NCBI GenBank assembly: GCA_963692525.1
Contig: OY829953.1
Coordinates: forward strand, 4,420,720-4,484,719
Length of the DNA stretch: 64,000 nt
DNA from: Opitutales bacterium
Lineage (GTDB): Bacteria > Verrucomicrobiota > Verrucomicrobiia > Opitutales > PNEW01
Reading direction: 5' to 3'
The notes under the pieces were generated by a model that worked only from the letters and a program-made list of their open reading frames with translations, did not search any database and had not been told where the DNA came from. Shown here piece after piece: positions 55,783 through 63,940 of this stretch (position 1 is its first letter; every line of letters starts with the position of its first letter). A program made the position numbers and the translations under genes.

Positions 55783-56574
55783 ATGACTCCAGAAGAAAGA
55801 TATTTATTTGATTTGAAAGGGTACCTTGTTATTCGGCAAGCGCTGCCAGAAGATCTGGTAAAAAGTTTAAATGAAGAGATCGATTTCATGGAAACACTTA
55901 CCACAGAGGAAGTGACGGCAAGAGGAGTAATTCGACAGTACAATAACAAGAATGAAAATTACGATGTATCGCGACATAATTACAGCTGTAACCCTTTACC
56001 CATGGGCGGGTCTTTTGAGAAGCTGATCGACTGTCCGAGTACACTTCCCTACATCCGTGCCATGATCAACGAACCTGTTCGGCTCGATGCCTATTCATTT
56101 TTTTCAAGAAAACAGGGACAATGCAGCCCATTACATCATGGCTACGCAGAGCTTTTGGCCTATAGTGAATTTGCCATCGAAAACGGACAGTTTAAATGTG
56201 TCAGTGTGAAAGTGGCCTATGCTTTAACGGATGTCTCCGAAGAAAAAGGCTCATTCGTGGTTATACCGGGAAGCCATAAGAGTAATTTTGATAATCCGTT
56301 TAGCGGTAGCGTCCCCGATGAGAATCACCCATTAATTGAAACCTGTCCCTGTAAAGCAGGGGATGCCGTACTTTTTTCGGAAGACCTTACTCATGGAGCG
56401 TTGATTAACCAGAGCAATAACACACGCCGGACATTTTTTATATCTTATGCCCCGGCTTTTCAAACACCATGGGGTAAATTAGTAGATACCGCGGAAGGAT
56501 TTGAAGAGAGAGCTACTCCCGGGCAATTGGAATTAATTAAGAGTCCTTCGCCTTTTGCAATCGCAGAAAGTTGA
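55783..56574 (+). CDS. Phytanoyl-CoA dioxygenase (PhyH) family oxygenase
   Basis: 263 aa with ERYLFDLKGYLVIRQAL, VIPGSHKSN and LTHGA blocks. Confidence 0.8.
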   Translation: MTPEERYLFDLKGYLVIRQALPEDLVKSLNEEIDFMETLTTEEVTARGVIRQYNNKNENYDVSRHNYSCNPLPMGGSFEKLIDCPSTLPYIRAMINEPVRLDAYSFFSRKQGQCSPLHHGYAELLAYSEFAIENGQFKCVSVKVAYALTDVSEEKGSFVVIPGSHKSNFDNPFSGSVPDENHPLIETCPCKAGDAVLFSEDLTHGALINQSNNTRRTFFISYAPAFQTPWGKLVDTAEGFEERATPGQLELIKSPSPFAIAES

Positions 56575-56599
56575 CACTTGATTGATTTTTATCCCGTCA

Positions 56600-56999
56600 C
56601 CTCCAACGGAGGGTAAAATGACAATGCGATTGTGCGTAAAAGCGTACCGAGGGCAAAGTCCGCCTGTCGTCCATAGCCTCGTGCGACGGTTGGGCATCCT
56701 CAAATGCTTGTATACGGTAATGTGGAAAGAATAAACCGCGGATGGACGCGGATTAATACGGATATAATATAAGAATAAGATTTAGAAATTTAGAACTCAG
56801 GAAATCAGGAAAAAAGAAGATAATATTACAAGTAGAATATAATTGAACCGCAAAGCCGCTGAGATCGCTTCGCTCGGGAAGGGGTTATTTCCTCATTCGA
56901 CTTTCGACCTTTGACTTTAGACTCCTCTAAAACAAAATCCGCGCATATCCGCGTAATCCGCGGTTATTGATTCTTTATTTCCTGAGTTCATGAGTTCCA
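56600..56999. repeat. Composite element (copy b of the 'ggaaagaataaaccgcgg' family), itself a nested palindrome
   Basis: 'aataaaccgcggatggacgcggatt' (56730-56754) faces 'aatccgcgcatatccgcgtaatccgcggttatt' (56936-56968). 'agaactcaggaaatcaggaaa' faces 'tttcctgagttcatgagttcc' (56977-56997). Confidence 0.75.
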
Positions 57000-57003
57000 A
57001 ATT

Positions 57004-58098
57004 TCACCTTAACCATTTTTCCAAAAACCGCAGGCCGGGTTCGATGACTACTTCATGGGTTCCTTCGTGGCAGAGAAATTCGACATTCTCCTTCAAGTCA
57101 AGCTTGTCATAGTGTTGGTATAACTTTTGAAATTCTTTTTCTTGTAAGGGCCACCAGCTGGTGGAATCTTTTTTACCTTCCGCTATCTGCAGTGCGCGTG
57201 GACAGACCATGCTCAATAGATTAGCGTCGGTAAATCCACCTTTAAACCAACCCGGTATGAGCAGGTGTTCTTCATGAGGGAGGAACCAACTACCGTAGTG
57301 TGGTGACTCTACGGTTATTTTTTCTAAGCGGTCCATAAAAAATGCACACATGATCGCCGCCTTTATCCTTTTGTCCAAAGCAGCTATGCACATCGTGTAG
57401 AGTCCGCCCAGTGATATTCCCCACATCCCTATTCGCTCCTCGTCAATCTCGGGCAAACTTAAAACATAATCCAACAATCTTCTTATTTTTCCCACCTCCA
57501 GACCAGTAATTGAACTGCCCACGAGCATACTCAATCGATGCACTCTGATCCGTGGAGTGGATTCGTTAATGCTTGCCGGCGCCAAGACAGCAAACCCCTT
57601 TTTTAATAACTCTCTTCCGTACCCATGATAGGCTTCTTCCTGCGAGTCTTTAAAGCCAAACACCACGGAGGGAGACCCCAGCATCCCATGCAGAGCGACA
57701 ACGAGTGGCAAGGGACCTGTCTTATTCTTTGGCAGAGCCAACACCGCTTTCGCCGTTAAGTCAGATTGCACATTAATCGATACCCACTCAGCTATCGCAT
57801 CATCATCTTCAAAAAAAGGTTCTTTTTCCGGATGAAATTCACTATCACAATTTATCTCCCCCATCGTATCACGCCAGCTATCTCTATAGGGATCCATACT
57901 TTTTTCATAGGCACCTGCGGATGTATAGTCCCACTCCCATTGAGAATTTTCTTCAAGTATCCTTTTACATTCAGAGACCACCCAGTTTTGATTTTCTTCA
58001 AGCAGTGAGGCCTGCAGTTCTTTATTCTGCTTTTGGATCTCGCTGTCGGAAATATTCATACTGTTATTCCGACTAGAGGATAAATTATTTTTAGCCAT
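57004..58098 (-). CDS. Alpha/beta hydrolase (dienelactone hydrolase / acetyl-esterase-like)
   Basis: 364 aa with nucleophile elbow GISLGG. Confidence 0.7.
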   Translation of the reverse strand: MAKNNLSSSRNNSMNISDSEIQKQNKELQASLLEENQNWVVSECKRILEENSQWEWDYTSAGAYEKSMDPYRDSWRDTMGEINCDSEFHPEKEPFFEDDDAIAEWVSINVQSDLTAKAVLALPKNKTGPLPLVVALHGMLGSPSVVFGFKDSQEEAYHGYGRELLKKGFAVLAPASINESTPRIRVHRLSMLVGSSITGLEVGKIRRLLDYVLSLPEIDEERIGMWGISLGGLYTMCIAALDKRIKAAIMCAFFMDRLEKITVESPHYGSWFLPHEEHLLIPGWFKGGFTDANLLSMVCPRALQIAEGKKDSTSWWPLQEKEFQKLYQHYDKLDLKENVEFLCHEGTHEVVIEPGLRFLEKWLR

Positions 58099-58117
58099 CG
58101 CAGGAATTAAAGAAAGT

Positions 58118-58350
58118 TAAATACGAATGAACACTAATAAACACGAAAACAATATTTCGAGAAAATTGAATAGCCACAAAAAGCACAAGAAAGAAAATTA
58201 AGAACTCAGGAATTTAAAAAAATAAACCACGGATAAACGCGGATGCAGTATTCTCTACTCTTTTCCTGATTTCCTGAGTCCTAAATTCCTAAATCTTCTC
58301 CTTATATCATATCCGTGTTTATCCGCGTCCATCCGCGGTTCATTCTTTCC
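58118..58350. repeat. Composite element (copy c, inverted) plus 'cacgaat' and 'atagccacaa' words
   Basis: The rc of 58262-58350 matches 56724-56812. 58118-58190 matches 23647-23730. Confidence 0.8.
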
Positions 58351-58383
58351 CTTATCCGCAATCCGGAATTGATAGTCATTCAG

Positions 58384-58857
58384 TCATTCCACGAGGGGTA
58401 ACCACTGAATATTCTTCAAATTCGCCCTTCTCCCAATTCCTTCAGGAGGTGAATAATTTCTGGCCAGGTAATCCAGGATAATAGTTTCATTATCACCCAG
58501 GTCCCAAAAATTCTGCGTTTCCTGCATCCACCGGATAGTACTTAACCAGCCGTCACGTGTTGCCCTATTTTGTGTGACGAGGAGAGATGAATGGCATCCC
58601 ATGCAGTTCGCCCTGACTTCTTCGAAACCTGAATCGATAATAAAGCCAGTGGTATCATCAATCCCTGGTTCTGCTTTTTCCATCTCTGGAGAGGTACTTG
58701 TGTTAACGATCAACACTTTATTTTCTCCAGATGGGGGGGAGCTTGTACTATTTTTATCGGTGAGGGGCTGTTGAAATAAATTTTTAAAAAAAACACCGTT
58801 TGAGAAAATGATCGCAACAACAATTAATGTACCGAACAAAAGCTTGGTTTTACACAT
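58384..58857 (-). CDS. Monoheme c-type cytochrome, probable partner of the molybdoenzyme
   Basis: 157 aa with an N-terminal TM/signal and a single CMGCH (CxxCH) site. It lies 7 nt downstream of the SorA-like gene. Confidence 0.6.
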   Translation of the reverse strand: MCKTKLLFGTLIVVAIIFSNGVFFKNLFQQPLTDKNSTSSPPSGENKVLIVNTSTSPEMEKAEPGIDDTTGFIIDSGFEEVRANCMGCHSSLLVTQNRATRDGWLSTIRWMQETQNFWDLGDNETIILDYLARNYSPPEGIGRRANLKNIQWLPLVE

Positions 58858-58864
58858 CGTTCGC

Positions 58865-60169
58865 TTATCCCGTTTGGGGTGAACTTAATTTACTCTTCGG
58901 ATCGACGACTTTGAGCGCAATTCGATGACAGGCATTGTTCAAGTAACCTTTAGGATTCCAACCGGGCAGGACTATCGGTTGCATCACTCCTCTACTATCT
59001 GTTGCTCTTGCCCAAACTTCGTAGTAACCTTTACCATTTGGTAGAATCTCAGTTTGAAAATGTTGCCAGGCAAAGCGATTGATTGGTGATTTGAGATCAC
59101 ATTCCTGCCAGGTAGCGCCATAGTCTATGGACAGATGCATAGCCGCCACTTCAAAGTCTCCAGCCCAGGCATGCCCTCTTACCATCACTGCTTTACCTTT
59201 ATTGATAATCGAGCCCGTTCGGGGATAGGTGATGAGCGATTTAACCGGCATCGATTCAATGATACGCATATCCTCTTTCGCTACTTCAGTTCCAGGTGCG
59301 ACCGGATAGCGGGGCACACGGTAGGAATAGCCACCCATTTTTGTGCCGTCATGGACCTTGTTTCTAATATCAATCTGCTCCAACCATTTTCCTGATGTCG
59401 AGCCGGGCCAACCGCCAAAAATTAAACGCAAAGGATAACCATTCATCAGCGGCAGGGCCTCCCCGTTCATCGCCCAGGCGATTAGCGATTCATCCTCGAG
59501 AGCCTTGGACATGGGCACCCCCCGAGAGATAGGATCTTTATTCGGGTCTCCGCTTAAATGAGTATCCTTACCGTAATAACCGATATATACCGCATCGTCT
59601 TTAATGCCCGCGTACTCCAATACATCTCGCAATCTAACTCCTGTCCACTTGGGACAGCCCACCGCACCTAGCGTCCATTGATTGCCTTTAGCGGGGGGAT
59701 TGAATTCACTGCGCCCGTTTCCCCCGCATTCTAAAGTCAATTGATAAGTGTGATGCGTAAATTCTGATTTTAATTCTTTTAATGTAAGAACTTTTTTATT
59801 TTTAACCGACTCTCCCCCGATTGTTAAAGTCCAGTTATCGACATCAATCTTTGTCGGGACGAGTCCATTATTCCTGACGAATAATTTATCCGCTGGGGTA
59901 ATCTCATCATCTAAAAGGTGTGCGGGAGTTTCCGCATTCCACGGTCTATTATTTAAAATAGTCAGCCCGGGATGTTTCCCCTTCAAGATCATGGGTTCAA
60001 TTTCTCCAGCAAAAGCAGAAGAGTTAATCATTGCCTGGACCTTGGGTGATAACACGAATTGTGATCCCAACGTCGCGCTTAGCGCGGCCCATAAGCTTTT
60101 TTTAATAAATCTTCGCCTCGAAGTGAGAACGCTTAACCAATGATTCTTCCTGTATTCATCCATTCTCAT
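58865..60169 (-). CDS. Sulfite-oxidase-family molybdopterin oxidoreductase (SorA-like), Tat-exported
   Basis: Twin-arginine motif SRRRFIKK and Mo-binding Cys block TLECGGNGR; 434 aa. Confidence 0.85.
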   Translation of the reverse strand: MRMDEYRKNHWLSVLTSRRRFIKKSLWAALSATLGSQFVLSPKVQAMINSSAFAGEIEPMILKGKHPGLTILNNRPWNAETPAHLLDDEITPADKLFVRNNGLVPTKIDVDNWTLTIGGESVKNKKVLTLKELKSEFTHHTYQLTLECGGNGRSEFNPPAKGNQWTLGAVGCPKWTGVRLRDVLEYAGIKDDAVYIGYYGKDTHLSGDPNKDPISRGVPMSKALEDESLIAWAMNGEALPLMNGYPLRLIFGGWPGSTSGKWLEQIDIRNKVHDGTKMGGYSYRVPRYPVAPGTEVAKEDMRIIESMPVKSLITYPRTGSIINKGKAVMVRGHAWAGDFEVAAMHLSIDYGATWQECDLKSPINRFAWQHFQTEILPNGKGYYEVWARATDSRGVMQPIVLPGWNPKGYLNNACHRIALKVVDPKSKLSSPQTG

Positions 60170-60240
60170 ATCTACTTATAATTATTTAATGCCAATGATT
60201 TTAAAACGAGAAAAATCCATTTCCCATTCAAACTTAAAAA

Positions 60241-60510
60241 AGAAGAATTGCCACCAGTCGTCGTCCCGCAGTCGCGGGACTATGCCCGACAGGCATCGAT
60301 CGATATGCGAAATGCAGGGTTCCCGTCTTCGCTTCGCTTCGCCGTGACAGGCAGGGTTCGGGGTTCGGGGTTTAGAGAAGATAGATATACGATTTCCGAT
60401 ATCCGATATGCGATATGCGATATTCGAAGTATCGATAAGGTTCAACCCCTCGCAAATCGAATATCGAATATCAAACGTCGGATATCATTTCCCTCGCATA
60501 TCAAACATCA
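60241..60510. repeat. Composite: hairpin module, 'cttcgcttcgcttcgcc' words and unit U1 of the 'gatatgcgatat' family
   Basis: 'gtcgtcccgcagtcgcgggac' at 60258-60280. U1 at 60376-60510 is about 85% identical to U3 at 61906-62036. Confidence 0.75.
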
Positions 60511-61577
60511 ACTCCCCGTCTCCGTTCCTTCATCGAGCCAGGCGATAAACAATTTGTATCCCAGGGACAGGATTATTGCGCCGATAAACATGCCGACAAA
60601 TCCCGAGGTAATGAATCCACCAATCGTTCCGAGAAATATGACTAGCATCGGCACGGGTGCTCCTTTTCCAAGGAGGATCGGCTTGAGGAAACTGTCCGAA
60701 ATCATCACGATCACGAGGTATACAGTCCACAATATTGCCCCCAACAGTTCCATCGTAGAAAAGAGATAGATGATGACCGGAATGATCACCAGTCCCGGAC
60801 CGATTTGGATGATGGCGAGGATCAGGCATATCAGCGCCATAGACCCGCATAGGGCACACCCGCCAGTATAAAACCTATACCGGCCAATGTGGATTGAATA
60901 AAAGCAACACCCAGGATACCCTTCGCCACATTCTTGATTGTGACATTGCTTATCTCGGCAAATTCATCTCCGCGCTCACCCACAATCTTACGAAAGAAAT
61001 TTCTGGCGAATAGGGATCCCTTTTCGGATGTGGCTAATAAAATTCCTGCAATGATGATGGAAAGAATAAATTGCAATACCCCCAGCCCGGTTCCTAAGGC
61101 CGAATTAAGCATCATCTTACCAACAGCAGACAATTGTTTATCGTATTTCTCTAACGCCGCATCCAGGTTTTCAGAGGCAAGTTTCCATGCTTTATAGGTT
61201 TTTTCTCCTATCAGTGGCCAATCCGCCACCTTTTCACTTGGAAGCGGTAGATGGAATTCATTGTTTTCCAACTGCGTGCCAATGGTCCTCGTTCCGGAAA
61301 CAAGAGAATCAAAGAAGACATAGCTGGCAAGGAGGACAATAGCTAACAGGACGATAGAAATTATCGTCGCACTCAATTTACCCCGCCCCCCAATACGGAT
61401 TTTGAGTGTCTCATATAATGGCTTCAATATTACGGCAATGAGAAGCCCCCAAAGTACGGGCGTGAAAAAAGGAGTCAGGATCTGAAAGCACCAGGCAATC
61501 AGGGCCAATAAAAAACCAACACGGATAATTATGTCGACAACGGTTTGTGTGGTTGTGTCTGTTCGTGACTGATTCAT
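60508..61577 (-). pseudogene. AI-2E (PerM/TqsA) family transporter interrupted by a frameshift near 60835-60845
   Basis: ORFs 60831..61577 and 60508..60840 are consecutive parts of one transporter. The break falls at ..LAGVPYAGLW / ALICLILAIIQIGPG... Confidence 0.7.
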
Positions 61578-61620
61578 ATATGCATCGTCAGTTTGTCAAC
61601 GAGTACGGAGAGGTCAATAT

Positions 61621-62036
61621 TAAGATAGATATACGATGTTTGATATACGATATGCGATGTAAGCTATGCGATAATGCGTATAAGCGTGAATGAGGTAATG
61701 CGGATTTAACATCACTCAATCCGCCATCGAAAATCGGATATCGATAAGATAGATATGCGATATCCGAAGTAAGAAAGAAATCTCCAACCCTTCACAAATC
61801 GAACGTCGGATATCAAACGTCGGATATCAAATCCCTCGATACGCGGTCATGCATATATGCGTGAATGAGGTTATGGGGATTTAACATCACTCAATCCGCC
61901 ATCGATAAGAAAGATATACGATTTAGGATATCAGATATATGATATTCGAAGTATGGATAAGGTTCAATCCCTCGCACATCGAATATCGGATATCAAACAT
62001 CGGATATCAATTCCCTCGGATATCAAATCAATCGAT
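61621..62036. repeat. Tandem composite units (V, U2, V', U3) of the 'gatatgcgatat / atcggatatcaaac' family
   Basis: U2 at 61745-61840 and U3 at 61906-62036. There is a ~45-bp direct repeat 'gcgtgaatgagg.ta.tg.ggatttaacatcactcaatccgccatcga' at 61683-61730 and 61859-61903. Confidence 0.8.
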
Positions 62037-62042
62037 AGACTC

Positions 62043-63113
62043 TCATGCACTCGTCGGATCGGCAACGACCATGTAAACCACGTCGCTGCCCGCGTAAAAG
62101 GGGCGATAATAGGTCTCTGCGTAGACAAAATATTCGGTGTCTTTGATCTTCTTGGTAACGGTCCCCTCGGGTAAGGTGTCGACCGTGGCGCCCACCGGGG
62201 GAGTTACAACTTCGTACGCAGGCACACCGCCTTCTTCTTCGGGGGGTTTTACATCGTAATAGGCTCCGTTCGAATAGCCGTATTGCTGGTCATTGACATA
62301 AACATTGGTAACCTGTGCAGGTGCGTTTTGCACCGTTGCGCCGACGGGTGGCGCAACGACTGTATAGCCGTCGCCAGTGGGTGCTGGTGAGTAATAGCTT
62401 CCATTGGAATAGTAGTAGGTATGGTTTTCTACAACTACGACCTCGTTCTTCTCGGGAATGGATGCGATGGCCGCACCGAGGACGAGCCCACCAAAGAAGG
62501 CCCAAGCCGCGTCGTCGTTGCCCCAATAGCCGCCATGGTGATGGTGACCCCAGTAGTTGCCGTAGTCGTTAAAGTTGCGGTAGTATTCCTCGCGCGACCC
62601 GGTGCGTGACTCCGTTCGGTCGCTTCGTCCATCCTGGCGCGAATCGGTGCGATCGGTGCTACCCTCCTGACGATTTCCCTGCCGCTCCGTGCGGTCGTCG
62701 CCACGTTCTGTACGATCACTCGAACTATTGGAACGGTTCTCCGAACGACCGCTCGTGCGTTCGCTGGAGGCTGCGCTCGAACGGCTAGAGCTTCCCTGCC
62801 CTTGCGCATTGCTCCTGCGGTCCTGGGAAGCACCTCCACTGAACCCGCCACCGGAAAACTGGCCCGACGTGTTATAACTGCGCTGCGACGATGACGATGC
62901 CCGGCTCGACGAACCGGAGCCGAACCGGCCCTGCACAGAGCTTCCACCTCCGCCGCTACGGGAGCCACCTCCGCCACTACGGCCGCCGCCTCCACCACCG
63001 CGCCGTTGCGCCTGGGCAAAATCCATCAGCGTCACCGACGCCGATACGATAAGAACAACGGTCGTTAACGTGATGCGCCATACTCTTTTTCTTCTCATCA
63101 ATCCCAAAATCAT
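62043..63113 (-). CDS. Secreted or membrane-anchored protein with a ~150-aa Gly/Ser/Arg low-complexity region and a C-terminal Tyr-rich repeat domain
   Basis: 356 aa with an N-terminal hydrophobic segment. RRGGGGGGRSGGGGSRSGGGG.. is followed by DRTERGDDRTERQGNRQ... A HHHH tract is present. The motif YTVVAPPVGATV / YEVVTPPVGATV occurs twice. Confidence 0.6.
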   Translation of the reverse strand: MILGLMRRKRVWRITLTTVVLIVSASVTLMDFAQAQRRGGGGGGRSGGGGSRSGGGGSSVQGRFGSGSSSRASSSSQRSYNTSGQFSGGGFSGGASQDRRSNAQGQGSSSRSSAASSERTSGRSENRSNSSSDRTERGDDRTERQGNRQEGSTDRTDSRQDGRSDRTESRTGSREEYYRNFNDYGNYWGHHHHGGYWGNDDAAWAFFGGLVLGAAIASIPEKNEVVVVENHTYYYSNGSYYSPAPTGDGYTVVAPPVGATVQNAPAQVTNVYVNDQQYGYSNGAYYDVKPPEEEGGVPAYEVVTPPVGATVDTLPEGTVTKKIKDTEYFVYAETYYRPFYAGSDVVYMVVADPTSA

Positions 63114-63877
63114 GACGCCCTCCCTTTAATTTTTATCGGTTCGGCACGTACAGAGCCGGCGGGTAATTGCGCGGTGAAAAGAGCGTCCTCAAGCGGCGGG
63201 TTGGCCACAAATTCGGTTATTACGGTGGCATGTTGCGGTGCGCCTTCAAGCTCCTTATAAGTGACTACGATCTTACGCAGCACAGGATCGCCATCGGCGT
63301 CTATCCATAGTTGCCAGTCGACCGCATCGCCAACGAATAATAGGTGATGACAGGTGATTCCATCTGCATCATGGAGGCCCAGGTTACGTTGTTTGGATGA
63401 ACCATCTTGAAAAACCTGGCTAGCGTTTTCGCGCAGCAAGCTCGCCAGTGGTAGAAATAATCCGTAATCGTTCTCCAGTTGCTTCAATGCATCCTGAATC
63501 CGTGGAGCCGCATCCATCTGCATGTAAACTTTCTTCAAATGGTCGAGGAAGGTAACGGTCTTGCCGTTATACCACATTTCCTTAGCGCTCAGATCGTCGC
63601 CATAGTCAATATGAATGCCGTCGGGACGGCGGATGGAAAGGGTCGCTGCTCCGGCGAACTGCACCTTTGCGCCGTCGGACAGGACGTCGTCGAACACCTT
63701 TTCCGTATAGAGTGTAAAGGAGTCTAACGATAGCAGGTACGCTGCCATGGACTCCAGCAACGCACCGGGGTCAACCGGAGCGCTCGATTCTCCGGGTGCA
63801 ACTCTGACCATCAGGACGAGCGGTAGAACGATTAAAATAACAGTTAATTTTCTCATGGGCTGCCAGCTTGAATTCAT
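63110..63877 (-). CDS. Periplasmic LolA-like protein (DUF2092-like by eye)
   Basis: 255 aa with a signal peptide and blocks FTLYTEKVFDDV, RRPDGIHIDY and VDWQLWIDADGDPVLRKIVVTYK. Overlaps the next gene by ATGA. Confidence 0.55.
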   Translation of the reverse strand: MNSSWQPMRKLTVILIVLPLVLMVRVAPGESSAPVDPGALLESMAAYLLSLDSFTLYTEKVFDDVLSDGAKVQFAGAATLSIRRPDGIHIDYGDDLSAKEMWYNGKTVTFLDHLKKVYMQMDAAPRIQDALKQLENDYGLFLPLASLLRENASQVFQDGSSKQRNLGLHDADGITCHHLLFVGDAVDWQLWIDADGDPVLRKIVVTYKELEGAPQHATVITEFVANPPLEDALFTAQLPAGSVRAEPIKIKGRAS

Positions 63878-63940
63878 CTAATGCGCCATAATCAATACGG
63901 CGATCCATTGCATGGCAAGGCGGAATTTTAACCCCTCGGA

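Noticed and set aside
52364-56890. The direct copies of the composite element as ends of a composite transposon carrying the FG-GAP and PhyH genes.
   Set aside because: There is no transposase, no terminal inverted repeats specific to the pair, and no recognisable target-site duplication. The elements are members of the general spacer-repeat vocabulary.
62435-63019. Alternate-frame ORFs (62435..63019, 62290..62526, 62315..62572 and others) within the Gly/Ser/Arg-rich gene.
   Set aside because: Low-complexity GC-rich DNA is open in several frames. Only the 62043..63113 frame has a hydrophobic N-terminus, a coupled ATGA start and a structured C-terminal domain.
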